The notes under the pieces are model-generated. The model saw only the letters and a program-made list of their open reading frames with translations, was not told where the DNA came from and did no database searches. A stretch of 64,000 nt of DNA from Bigelowiella natans CCMP2755. Lineage: Eukaryota; Protista; Cercozoa. Position numbers and translations under genes: made by a program. This document shows, piece by piece, positions 48,914 to 61,994 of the stretch (positions within the stretch are counted from its first letter, which is position 1; every line of letters begins with the position of its first letter). The DNA is taken from positions 186,001 to 250,000 of the forward strand of contig ADNK01000614.1 in the NCBI GenBank assembly GCA_000320545.1, in the 5' to 3' direction.

Positions 48914-49657
48914 TATCATTAACATTAAATATAACATATCTATTAAATTCATGGACATTTTTCTATCATCTGATTGGGTTCCATTCTTAAAAGTTCGAAA
49001 AGAGCTGAATGGGCTAGATCTTGAACTGGGAATGGATGTGGCTGGATGGGGAATCCTGGACAAATTCGACATATACGCGGACGTCGCAGACTTCTTTACC
49101 TCGTAAGAAACTCAAAATTCATTTTCCCACATTTCCAACGTCTGAACGGGCACGTGACGTCTAACGCTGTTCGTCATCGTTTTGTGTGTTTAATTAGGAT
49201 GTCGCCCACATATAATGCAGGGAATCTGACACGCAATCGTGACTTCGTGGGAGAAATGACGCGTACTCTAGGCTCAGACAAAGTGAAAGTTGGTTTGGGT
49301 TCCTCTCCAGCTACTGGGTAGTACGACGGAAAGGCTTTAGCTCACTGCAACAGCTTTGTTACATGACGCGTATCGATAACTTTGGTCCCTACTATCTTCT
49401 AATTTCAGCTATGAAAAGAATTGCGCGAACATGCCGACCTACAATTACACCGAAAGCAATCTTACTCCGTTCCTGGACTATTTGAAGACAAACGCGCAGG
49501 TTTTTACAATTTTTTGCAAGAATCAAAGATATTTGCGAAACACTCAGTTTTGTTTTGTATCAAGGTCTCCGGGGTTGATATTTGGAAGTGCGACATCGAT
49601 AACTACGGAAAGACGGCAGACTTCTTCCTCGATGCTATAGTCCAATTCAAAGGTTGA
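47955..49657 (+). CDS. Secreted GH18-like (chitinase-fold) protein, multi-exon
   Basis: Signal peptide MVPILLLLSSIPYSTQS. GVDGLLCDYEP matches DGxxxDxE. Later exons LGMDVAGWGIL, MSPTY, KVKVGLGS and GVDIW match TIM-barrel strands of GH18. Confidence 0.6.
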
Positions 49658-50379
49658 AATTTTTCTTTCTGAGTTTCAATAAATGTCGATGGTTTACGTG
49701 CAAGATTTCTTGTTGAGGTATACAGATATCTAGATATAATGATCGATACATTTGAATCACTTGCAGAGGAAAGTCCTGGTAGTCCTTGCTCCGGTCATCG
49801 ATGCGACACCTTGGCGTGCCCTTGTGGATGTGAGTGTGGGACTGACGCGGATCCGGGTCTCTGCTACGTGCCAGCTCATGTCAGTGATGAATGCGAATAG
49901 AAGTTGCACAGGCGCCGTTGCTCTGAGTTCTTTGATGCAATGAGCGAATGCAGCTTGATGATGCAGAAATGTTTAGTGGATGAAAGTAAAGTACTTTTTG
50001 ATATGGGACTGCACATGCATGTAGCAATAGTGCTCGCACAGCATGTACGACAACCAAAGCACGAGAGTGCATCATGACGCTCACTACTTGTCAAATATAT
50101 GTGTTGCATGCAAGTCACACAGGTCATGGGTAGCTTCATGCAACTAAACAAACAACGCACGTACTTGTTTCCCGCCTCTTGCTGCTTATACTTATTAGCT
50201 CTAGAGCTAGTTAGATCAGTCTACTCGCAGTTGTATGCATAATATAACGTCGCATGACTCCACAATGTGCGCGTCCACGCCACTAGATCAACGTTTACTT
50301 TGCAGCCACATGTTGAAAAGTGTTTACATGGTAAAGTCTTGCTGTTAGCACTTGCTTAAAAAAACTACCACGCTAATAA

Positions 50380-51989
50380 CTAGCAGTCGCAATTGCAATC
50401 GCAATTACAATTACTGCAGTCTACTGCCCCAAAATCACAATCTCCACAATCTCCGAGGTTGCAGTTGCCAACGTCGTCGCATCCGCATCCATGCGTGCAA
50501 AAATGAGAGCAACAATCTGAATGGATAACAGGATAAGATCCAGGTGTCACGTAGCGTAAACTTCATATAATAACGCCAGCATAGACAATTTGTGAAAGCA
50601 GACTCACGTATATGAAATTTTTTTTGAACTAAATGTTCTAATCTACCTTCATTCACATGTACATCGAACGGAGTTTGATTCTTTCTTTTCCGCAGATTCA
50701 GCTGTCCCATGATAATGAATTTGTCAGATCGTCACACCACATCATCCTCAATAACTTTGCTCTCATTCACCCTTCCAGTCTCGGGGTCGTAACATTGTTT
50801 GTAAACACAACAACACATCCCACTGATCAGAAGGAGAGCTCCTGCCTTACAAATTCGAACATGTTTGGGGGTATCAACGGGAACGAACAGATGCGTTTTA
50901 TGAGTGAACCGCCTCACCACTGTTCCGATAATGATGCCGATCAACGTGCCGGTGTTGATGTTTCCTGTTCCCCTAATAAGTAGGCAAATAATATCTATCA
51001 CTCCGCACTCTTCACATCCACGCACAACAATAGCGTTGTCCCTTTTCTAATTGTGTCGCTCTTCCGAGCTTTTGCTCTCCCTTACAATTACGTGCTATCA
51101 TCATCATCATCGGTATCTCCAGGGCCAAAATCTAGGTCTGGAGTGGGAGCCGAGGTTGCGGTTGACCGGCGACTAAGTTTTGACAATATCTGTGTGTGGC
51201 TTATCAACTAATCTACGATAATTTCATATGCTCTCGCTATAAAGTTGGAATTTGAAAGTAAGTATCTTTTTTGGGTCATAATCGAGGCTTGAAGTTGTGT
51301 TTTAACCACCACCTTGCGCACACGAATGATCGAGGGATTACATTCGGAAGATCATTCCAGGTCCCTTTCGATATAGGCAGTGCATTTTCGAATAACTTTC
51401 TTTTTCAACAGAACAGCGGAAGTTTATCTTTCAATTTTTCGGATTAACATTGATTGTCGATACCGTCCGATTGCATTACAACATAATCCTCGCCTACGAG
51501 TCAAAAATAGAAAAGGAGTCACCAAACCCACATAGTATTCAGTGTTTCAGTTCAAATTCGAAATGCTGTCATTAGATAGGAAAGTTGTATGTCGTACCCA
51601 CAACTACCCCATTATTAGGCTCTCCATCTTCCTAACATGTATGTTATAATCTTTACAGCACGAATCTGTGGACATGTGACGCGCGCGGAATATTGCGGGG
51701 TTACCCAATTAGTGTAGGAGAATTCGGAACCGTCTATCCATACGAAATCTCTTTGATGTTAGGCATGTTTTACAATGTGTTGCCGGTATAATGCTACTTA
51801 CATAAGCATGGACATGATTCCTTGACTGTGTAGCTTGTATTTCTCTTAGTGAAGGAACTGAAAAACTAACCCTTCATTCGCAACATCAGATGCTCCAATC
51901 CATATTGCCGCTGTTTATGTAGTTGAAATTCAGTAACTAAAAACTGTAAAGAATCTCTTTAGACACAAGCACACACACACACACTCAAA

Positions 51990-52043
<54 letters not shown>

Positions 52044-52419
52044 GATGTTGTGTAAATATTATCGTGATGCCTTACAAGTGCTTCCTCCCGCAATAAACGT
52101 CAAATTGCGAACCAAACTATTCTCAGTTTCATCTCCAATGCTTACCAACCCTTTATTCCTGATAATTGTGCCGGATATTTTTTAATATACTTAAAGTATG
52201 CAACGGTAGGCAACACATTAATGTAATAGAAAACATATTCGTATTCTACCCGGTCAGTTGTTGGCAAAAATCCTCCGCCGCATTAAAATTTTCTGTACGT
52301 TCTGGGAAGTATATAAAGCTACGATTTCCCAGCGAAATAGTCACGTTGGTCTCTGAAGTGCAATCTGGTAGCAGCGTAGCGAAAATAGACGCTAGAAAGA
52401 ATGGTGCTCGTACAAACAT
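50380..52419 (-). CDS. Type I membrane C-type lectin-like receptor with Cys-rich tail; many short exons (largely missed by the ORF track)
   Basis: Signal MFVRAPFFLASIFATLLPDCTS. Exons AIWIGASDVANEG, DFVWIDGSEFSYTNW, EDGEPNNG, EDYVVM and GTWNDLP are CTLD hallmarks. TM segment TLIGIIIGTV/GALLLISGMCCCV. Last exon DCCSHFCTHGCGCDDVGNCNLGDCGDCDFGAVDCSNCNCDCNCDC*. Confidence 0.78.
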
Positions 52420-52724
52420 GCGGGTTTTGAGGCAACAACTTCACGGCCATGTCGCAGCTGTTCGTCTGAAAATAGCTTCGATTTTCGAATAGCAGCACGC
52501 ATTTGACCGTGACGCTGTATTCGATCGCCCTGCTATTTCGTTAAAAAATGTCGAGGAAATGCGAGCAAAAGGGGACACCATCCCTCCGCCGCTGGTATTT
52601 AAATGTCTGCGTTTGGTGCTCGCTTGCCTGCTGTTTTTTGGTTGTAAATCATTGATTTTTGATTGTCGTTCCATTGAAAAACGCCTGTATTTCGTATCCA
52701 TTCTCCGACAAACAAACCTTAACA

Positions 52725-53184
52725 ATGCCCACGTCCTATTCGAGCACTGCCTCCGTCCTGCTCGTGGTGCTGGCCAACGTGTTCCTTGAGCTCTGCAACG
52801 CTGAAGGTAAACCAAATTTTTGCTTGGGGGGAGCGAGCTTTTATTTGCAATCGCATCCGTGCTGAAAAGAACAAGACATTGATCTGATGCTTTCCTCAAG
52901 GAGAGGCCGTCGCGGTTATTGCAGAGGCTGAGAGGGAATTTGCAAGGACTCATCAGGAGGATATGTTGGGAGCACACTTGCCAAAGATCCTTAAAATAGG
53001 ACTTGTAGGTATCGCTGTACTGGTTGTTAGCTCCTGCGTGCTTGGTCTATGTGTGGGAATATTCTTCTCGAAAACGTTCCAAAGCTGCTGCAAGGACCCA
53101 ATCTGGAGAAATGGTAAAAGCTCCCAGGCTCTTTCAAATAGCTATCAAGTCGTTTCGAGAGTCCCGATTGTAAAGAAGACCTAG
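52725..53184 (+). CDS. Small (~114 aa) signal peptide + single-TM hypothetical protein; 2 exons
   Basis: MPTSYSSTASVLLVVLANVFLELCNAE, then GT-AG intron ~52808-52924, continuing in frame as AEREFARTHQEDMLGAHLPKILKIGLVGIAVLVVSSCVLGLCVGIFF...KKT*. Confidence 0.55.
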
Positions 53185-53431
53185 AGTAAAATGTCAGATG
53201 AAGACTCGTACTTAAAACATTCACATCCCACCGTATTTCTAGTTTCGTTGATTTGCTTATAAACAATAGTAGGCAAATTATGTTTTGTACATCATATGTC
53301 TAACAATGACGAACATGAATAGATGTTACCCGCAATGCATTCAATGACGTCGACTGTAGTGCAGACGTTACACGCATGCATAGTCAGACATGTAGTAGCT
53401 CTTGTTTAGCCTACGATACGCATACTTAAAG

Positions 53432-53485
<54 letters not shown>

Positions 53486-53781
53486 ATGTGTGTGTGTATG
53501 TGTACGGCGATGATACGCACGTGCGAACATTTTTATCAGTAATAGCACGGCATGAGCTTAACAAACGGCAAATGTTTTGCGATGCGACGGAGCACGCCAT
53601 GAATTGCACTTGCAATTAATACTAGATGTACCCGTAAGCCTGGGAATATGATACATACAGCATAGTAGCCCACAAGCATGCATGATGAAGATATGTGCAA
53701 AATAGGAAAGTACGCACTCTTTATCATGCTCAAGTTAAAGGTACAGCGCTACAATACATCTCTTGTAGAAGCTGCAATAAG

Positions 53782-54053
53782 TTATAGATTAATCGGGTGG
53801 AAAATATTGAATCCCGATTCTGCGGTTGCTATGATTCTACCAACTATATCGGGATCAAAGGCAACTTCTTTCACTTCATTCATACCCTAATTTTGTGCAG
53901 ATTTGCATCGGAAAAACATTCACGTTCGTTGGAATTCATCAACTAAGAAAATCTTCATCATGATGAAGATTATCACCAGGTTGCGGTACGATGACAAAAT
54001 ATGTAGAAATGATAAAATCATGTATTTAATATATACATATGTGCGTGTGTGCG

Positions 54054-54139
<86 letters not shown>

Positions 54140-54944
54140 GGGGGGGAGGAGAGAGTATTCAGAAATGTAAGGGTTGTTCAATGCCTACCTGATGCACGAA
54201 ATATAAGCTGACAGGAATATCTGGCTGCTGTGGTTGCCGAGGCTGCTGCTGCTTCTCCTTCTTCTTTTTCCTATTTTTTGATGGGATCTTATTCACCCCT
54301 TGGATATCTTCCATACAATCGTCGTCGTTGTCGTCGTCCGCCTCCAGAGAGAAATCCCATACTCTATTATCATCATTTCGCACACATCACCGCCGCCGCA
54401 CACAGAAGGATCAAGAACATCACGTGCCAAACCATGCCATGCAGAGGACGGGTGGGTTGTGCTGCACGTACGTGACTCGATTATCAGCGGAGGATACGAC
54501 AAGAACAGACTCCTCGTCAGGGTGCCAGGCTATAGAGGTGATTGGATGGCCGATGTGATAGCTCACGGAAGCTATCGGCGTTGGCGACGATTCCAATGAT
54601 GATTTGGTATCCTTCCTCTCTCCCTCTCCGTTCTTGCCTTCATCGTCTCCGTCGTTGTCATTATCATCGTCGCCAACAAGAAGCTCCCTTTGTGGGGGCA
54701 CGATATCATGATGATATTGATGAATAATAGTGAGAAATAAGATGACCAGGATAAGATAAAAATCTGAATCCTCCTCGTCACCCTCCCCCCCCCCCCCTCC
54801 TACAAGATTATAACCTGAGGTCCCAGACTTTGAAGGTACCGTCATCGGCACCAGTAGCTAGCAAGTGGGCGCACGTACTCTTCGTGTTCCACGCCATAAC
54901 ATTCACCTTGAGAAACATAATCCTTCGATGAGTTTGCATACCTG

Positions 54945-54989
<45 letters not shown>

Positions 54990-55337
54990 CCTTCTCTCTT
55001 CCCTGCACCTCCCCCCCCATCTCCTTCTTCCGTACTCATCACAGACATCGGCATCATGCGCCTTGAAGATGATCTTAGGCTTTGGGTTGTTCTTGTTTTT
55101 GAAAGGGTCTTTTCCGCCTCCTCTACTGCGACGCTGCTGGCTGTTGGCATTTGCAGCAGCCGTGGCGAGTGAAGAGGGGGGGTGGCACGCGTCGGTGGCA
55201 GCCCATATCCTAACTTTGCCATCCACACATGCGGTAGCAAAGACTCCCGGTTCTACTGGCGACCAACAAATATCCTCCACGGAGCCTAAGGAATGGGAAC
55301 GGATGATTTACTGGATGATGCAATCTTGATCACATGG

Positions 55338-55378
<41 letters not shown>

Positions 55379-55545
55379 ATCGTTCAAGATAGATATCTGA
55401 CCAGGATGAAGGAACTCTGCATCTAAGATCTTCCATGGCGAGGAGGAGGACGGTGGTAAAGACGATGAAGTCTGCGACGAAAGAGGAGGGGCAGAATCCA
55501 GCTGCTGCCACAACTTAACGACTCCACTGCAAGAGTAGAGAAGTA

Positions 55546-55609
<64 letters not shown>

Positions 55610-55889
55610 GCAGCTAACATGTGTAAACACCAATCGCACAAACTTCCTCTAGGTCGATCGTCACGTGAGTGCCCTTAAGAGTGTTACTTTGTGTCGCCAG
55701 TGAGGAGTGCAAAGCTCCTAAGCTTTTCCCCCTCGTCATAGTCTTTCTGCACCGCTGAGCTTCCTCCACCTCCCTGCCTATAGTGAGGAGACCAAGCTAG
55801 TGCATATCCCTCTGCGCCGTGGCCACCATACTTGAAACGAGGCCGCAGCTTCATCTCTGTGAAGGAGACACGATGCGCACATAGTAGTG

Positions 55890-55920
<31 letters not shown>

Positions 55921-57583
55921 CGATGATGGAGGAGGAAGAGCAAGAGGCAGCAATCAACACCACTGTAAAAATCGGTGCGAGCGACAGGTAGATACTAATT
56001 GAATGGAGAAAAGCAATCGAGGTTTTACTTATGTCATCCTCCTCCTACTTCTTTTTCTCTTACCTCTGAACATGGCCCCCCTCCGATCGAATTTACTCTT
56101 AACGAGAGGCCGCGCGTTCTGGCTGCTAGTATCGTGCTCGTCATCGCCCCTTCCATCGTCTTTGTCTCCCTCCAGCATCTTCACAGCAACACTGGCGTTC
56201 CAAATGTACACGAAGCCGTTGTCTGACATTGTGGCGATGATATTCGGGTTCCTAGGTACAATAATGAGATGTAAATTTCAATTAGGGGGGAGGGAGAAGA
56301 CAAAAGATAGGGGAAATGGAAGAAGAGGGAGGCCTATTAGCGTATTAGCGTTGTGATGTTACATGTTGTTCTTTCTTTAAGCAACCACTCATGCTTGTCA
56401 TCATTATCATCATTATCATCATCATCATCATCACCATCACCATCATCGTCACTATCACCTGGGGTCTGCCCTTATTCGGTTGACGGTACCAGGATGACTC
56501 CACTGCACAACGATATCTCTTTTCCTCCCTTTCTCGTCCTTTTCCTTATTCCTCATATTTGCTCCAGATTGGTTCGTCGCTGGCGCATCAGCTTGATGTG
56601 CTAATCCTCCTATCCCTTCCTTCCCACCCCCTCCTTCACTCCCTGCTGCTCCTCTTCTCGAATTTAGACTCTGTCGTTTGCAATGCCTTTGCTCTCCATC
56701 CTTCTTCTCCACGCTACTGTTTTTCTTCTCGCTGGCCTCACACTCAACCCCCTCCACTACCTCCTCCTCTTCATCGCCGTCATCCCGGATTTCGAGGTCC
56801 TTCATTGCCGGTCTCTTCTTCTTGTTCTTCTTGCTCCACTTGGAGGACTGGCGTTCGTCTGTATCCACGCTTGGAACGGAGAACTCGTCATTTCCATATT
56901 CTTCGTCGTCACTAATGGCTGAGAACTCGTCGTCATCCTCGGTGCTACTAGAGGTGCCCTGTCAATGTGTACGTGTCAGAAGGCTGTGGGTGGGTGGTTG
57001 CGAGGAGTATGAATCCCGCATGATTGTTCAAATGACGGAGCACCGAACATTACGCGTCCTACAACATGTACTAGTTTTTCGTGATTGCCATGTATAGAAG
57101 TTGTTTTCTCTAGTTTCTGACATCTTCTTAAGATCACAGCAGGACACACATCACCGCCACCACCACCACCATCATCATCATCGTCGTCGTCGTCGTCATC
57201 AGTGTGCACCTGTTTCGAACATCGCACGTACGGGACTGCAAGATCTACAAGAGCTACGAAGTTTTCCGCCGATTTTATTGCGTTTGTGCCTACCCAGTAA
57301 TGATCACCATCACCACCATCATCATCATCGCCTGCCTGTTATCATTATCATCATCAAGATCTCCAACCTGCGACCAATCGAGTTCTCGAAGATAAAGACG
57401 GAAAGGAAGTTGTAGACACAGGCGAGGACGCTGCTGCATTGTTCTTCTTCGTAGACGCGGAAGGTGATGGTGGGCAATCGGAGGAGGCCCCATGATTGGA
57501 TCGAATAATGTCGAAGCTTAGGCACGGCCAATTCAATCCTATGCAAGCAGACAGTCAGATAAATGTTCATTGCATCATCCACA

Positions 57584-57620
<37 letters not shown>

Positions 57621-58174
57621 ACACACTTACGGAAGGATCGAAAAGATCGATAGATATTTTCTCGCCCGATCAACGCCTCTTCCCTCTCACCTAGCGATCC
57701 TAGTACGACGATGGTGTAGAGCAAATAAACTCGAACGGAGTGTGCACCGAATTGATTGTCAGCTTCTCCAACAATTTTATAGTACCTCCTCCCTTCACAT
57801 CCTCCCACTAAGAACCCATGTTGCACATCTTTCAATCTGTCTATAGCCTCCATCCCATCACCTTTGAGTAGCGTAGAATGCTCGTGGTGGTTACCAATTC
57901 CTTGAAAGTGGTAATGCCTCGAGCCATCACCATGACGGCTAGGGCTTCTGTGTACATAATATTTCATTAGATTTTATTGATTGTCAATGGTGGCTGCCGC
58001 GTTCTCGATGCACCAGAGCTAAAATACATAGGTCTGCTTGAGTGCTGTACCAGCAACCACGAAATACCTTTGTTCGTCTTCCCTTCGAAGGACAACGAGC
58101 ATGGGAAAGAGCGTAGAAGCTAGTAGTGCAACCACACGTATGAACCTCTTCCTCGGTCGGCCAGGGCGGCCCAT
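53782..58174 (-). CDS. GRWD1: GRWD1/Rrb1-like WD40 ribosome-biogenesis protein, multi-exon; 5' end uncertain
   Basis: LNWPCLSFDII; HPGTVNRIR; GHGAEGYALAWSP; SVEDICWSPVEPGVFATACVDG; AHDAD/VNVMAWN; GADDGTFKVWDLR; PITSIAWHPDEESVLVVSSADN; WDFSLEAD; LYFVHQ/GMNEVKEV...TAESGFNIFHPINL*. Confidence 0.85.
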
Positions 58175-58808
58175 CTTTCCCCCCCTACCGCCTATCCTCT
58201 CCCACACGAATCGGTTCTGCTCCAGAGTGGGGTCCGGTGCTAACTTGTAACGCCCAGACAGTCACGAGGTCAATTTTCATCCGGCATAGAACAGTGGGAC
58301 GATGATCTTCTTCGATGAAAAACCAGACATTTTTATAGTGGATATATCCGGCTCAGCAAACCAGCAGCGATGTGAGTAACAACGATGCGACTGCAGATGT
58401 TCATTTTCTGCCGCACAGGCAAAATTGTGTTCCGAAGTTTTCCGCTAAATGTTGATGATAATCTACGAGAAAGACGAAGCGAACGAACCAGTAGAGATCT
58501 ACCGAGGACATCATCATCATCATCATGACCGACCATGATCTTGTTCTTCCCGGAAAGTTCCCAGAATCCATAGCTTCGTAGAAGAAAAGGACCCGAACCA
58601 GCGGCGCAAAGGCCGATGTTGCCCTGCAATTTCGTTGATTTCTCTCTGCGACAAGCCTGTTTAAGCCCAAAATGACCTCATTTCCTTCTCCTTGCGGTCG
58701 CGCCCGCACCCGGGTTCTGCACTCTGTCGGCCCGGTCCCAGAGCTTTCAATTCCGAATCACAACTCAACAAACCGAACAACACAAACTGCTTACAAACGA
58801 GATCAAAC

Positions 58809-59813
58809 ATGTCATCTCGACCAAGATCGAGGCATGGGGGAAGAAGGAACCTGCCCAAGTTTACACCGTCGCTCAAACTCTTTCTGCAGCCCCATGTCAT
58901 CTACAAAGGTGTCGTCGCACGCGTGGGGCAGAAAGCCGCTTCCGTTGACATTGGATTTGGAAAGATCCTAGGTATACTACCGCGCTCACGTGTGGCTGCT
59001 CCTTCCCTGAAGAAGTTCTTTAACAAATACGAGTCCACTATGAAACTGTGGTATCCAAAGACCGAAGACTGTCGCGATGTGCTTCAGCCTGGAGACGTCA
59101 TTGAGGTGGTTGCCTCACGGGTTTCTCAGCGTCAAATTGACCTGGAACGTGCTCCAGCCGATGCTAAGTCGCGTTTATTTCTCAACTACTTGCACAGTCC
59201 GGGCATGAAGAAACCTTCATCATCATCATCATCTACATCATCATCCTCTGTAGCAGCCACGACGAACGCCACAAGTCCTGCTGAATCGAAAATAGGGTCC
59301 TGCAGCTCGTCACGCTCACCCAGTATCAAGAGTGACGAAGACTTGACTGTATTCCACAACAAACTCATTGATTCTACGCCAACGAAGAAAGTGTATCAGC
59401 ACCTGTCGTCTAATCTGCAAGAAGCTGAAACGAAAAAGAAAGTAACTCGCAAGCGCCTTGAAGCACTAAAGGTAGGAACGGTTCTGGAAGGACACGTGAA
59501 AAACGTGCTTCACTTTGGTGCATTCGTAGACATTGGTGCCACGAAAGACGGGTTAATTCCGCTTGGCTGCTTACGGTTCTGGAACAATCGGCAGAAAGAA
59601 TCCGCTCGTAGTTCATCTGGCAGCGCTTTTTCTTCCGCAGGCGATATCCTTCGTCGTGGGGATCGCGTGGAGGTTCTCATCGAGAGCATCGACAAACGCA
59701 GAAAACGCATTGGATTGGACCTATTGTCGAAGGGAAATAAGGCAGAGGGAGAAGCCAATCCTTTGCCCGTTCCTAACTTGAAGGATCCCAATGAGTTTCC
59801 TCCCCTCAAATGA
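58809..59813 (+). CDS. Intronless protein with two S1 RNA-binding domains
   Basis: YKGVVARVGQKAASVDIGFGKILGIL...LQPGDVIEV and LKVGTVLEGHVKNVLHFGAFVDIGATKDGLI...LRRGDRVEVLIESIDKRRKRIGL (Tex-type S1). Confidence 0.85.
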   Translation: MSSRPRSRHGGRRNLPKFTPSLKLFLQPHVIYKGVVARVGQKAASVDIGFGKILGILPRSRVAAPSLKKFFNKYESTMKLWYPKTEDCRDVLQPGDVIEVVASRVSQRQIDLERAPADAKSRLFLNYLHSPGMKKPSSSSSSTSSSSVAATTNATSPAESKIGSCSSSRSPSIKSDEDLTVFHNKLIDSTPTKKVYQHLSSNLQEAETKKKVTRKRLEALKVGTVLEGHVKNVLHFGAFVDIGATKDGLIPLGCLRFWNNRQKESARSSSGSAFSSAGDILRRGDRVEVLIESIDKRRKRIGLDLLSKGNKAEGEANPLPVPNLKDPNEFPPLK

Positions 59814-60549
59814 AAAAAGATAGCCATGAAAATGGCAACTTGCAAAATGCAATACACGTGGCAGCTTTATGCCCGATAACAATCAACAAAAAATGTTGGA
59901 AAACAATGTCACTGTTCTCAGTGAGGACAACCTTATTTCTCACTTGCAAAACAGAAAAGCTGTGTGGATTATTTTCTTAGTCTTTCATCTCCGACCGAAA
60001 CAAATTCATTTAACGTTTCTGAGGAAGCCAACGCTGAGCTCCATGCATGCTGTTGAAATGATTTAAAAAAGATTTAAAAAAATTCAAACAATCACCCAAT
60101 TTTCTGAGCTCAAATGAATTCACGCCACAAGCCAGTCTCAAAAGACTTTGAAATGCACGCGGGCAGCGGCACTTGTGTTTTTTGTCAATTGCAGCATAAT
60201 GCTGCGATCAATGCACTGCTACTTAAACCAAAACTAGCATGACCCAACGAAAATGCGCACCACTTTGCGCACACTGTTGGACATCATCTTCGCCTCATTC
60301 TGTTCTGATCAACATGCATGCATGCCAAGGGATCGAACACAGATTTTCATGCGTGTGCAGCATTGCAGGGCATGCATGCACACGAATGTCTAATGTACAA
60401 CATTTGCTGGATGCCTTCGCACCATGTGGAATGATGCAGCATTTTTTGAAATGGCACTTCAAGGCTTGAACTTTCTATTGAAGCATAAATTAAGACATGA
60501 CAAATTTCTTTTATTCCGATCTTCATCATGAGCGCATTCATCTATATAT

Positions 60550-60608
60550 CTACGATTCGGACGCTGCATCCCAAGGACGACGTTGAACCCCATCATCATC
60601 ATCATCAT

Positions 60609-60641
<33 letters not shown>

Positions 60642-61021
60642 CGTCGTAAATTCCGCGATGTCGCGAGAAAAAGTCTGTTTTCCATACAAAATCCGAGTCG
60701 TCATCATGGCTCTGCCTTTCATAGCCCTCCTCACTGATCTGTCGAAGCTCCTCCGAAATGTCGTCGAAGACATCATCTGAATTTTGGGGAGATAGGGTGA
60801 GCAGAGGAGGGTGTAAGACAACGCAGCACAACGCACATCTCACGCACGTAAGTGGTGCAATGTAGGCAATGGCAAGGACTCGCAAAGACACACTGCGATT
60901 GATGTTGTGCTTATATCAATATCAAATTGCACTGATGAAGAAATGCATCATGCTTCTTGTGAAGGACCTCACTTTCCTCTTTCTTCACTTTTCTTCGCTT
61001 TCTCCCTCTCACCTCCCCCCC

Positions 61022-61063
<42 letters not shown>

Positions 61064-61258
61064 TATGTTTCGTTAAAATACTTGCCTGTTCTCTCATCTA
61101 ATATACTGCATCACCTTGGCGCTTGGGGTGCTGTCGTCCGTCGTCGTTTGCTCTGCCGCTGCCATGAAGATGTCTCATTTTCCTCTCCACATACTCTTCG
61201 TCTATGTAATGATGATCAAGTGTGAATTGTTCACTTTCTTGCACCAACTCAACCAATA

Positions 61259-61303
<45 letters not shown>

Positions 61304-61956
61304 ATATATAAATAAATAAATATATATATATATATATATATTTAATAAAGTAAATAATATAAACCCATCGTGTCATCATCATCGGTTGAGGAGAGCCGGG
61401 GATGGCCGTCTTCACTATAAGTATCTTCATGGCATTGGTATTCACAGCCCATCTGATATAAATGGTGTTAGCGAAGTAGTTTTAATGATTCTAGTAGGAG
61501 GGAACGAGAGGCGTACATGTTGATGATAAGGAAAGACACCCACTCTCCTCCCCCCCTCCCCTCTCTCTCTCTTGTACCTTTTCCAGGGTACGAGCAACTT
61601 TTCTCGAATATGTGCGCTCCTTCCGACGACGATTGTCTATCTCATCGTTGTATCTGGTGTGAGGAAGAGGGCGTGTGCTCAAGATTGCATCCACCATCTC
61701 CTTCCTACTGCTTTCTTCCCGACCGTCGTGGTATTCGTACCAACGCGCCGGAAGGGGACGAGTTTGGAGCTGATGACGACGATCATTAATTTATTTAGTC
61801 AGGGCAGCAACACCACCAACCATCAGTTCATTTTTAACAACGATTATGGCGTTATTGCCGTATACTACTTGCGAGCGTAACGTAGAACACGGACACAGCT
61901 AAAACGACGATCGAAATAGTGAAAGCTCAAGTTTCTCAAAGCGAATATAAACATCA

Positions 61957-61994
<38 letters not shown>

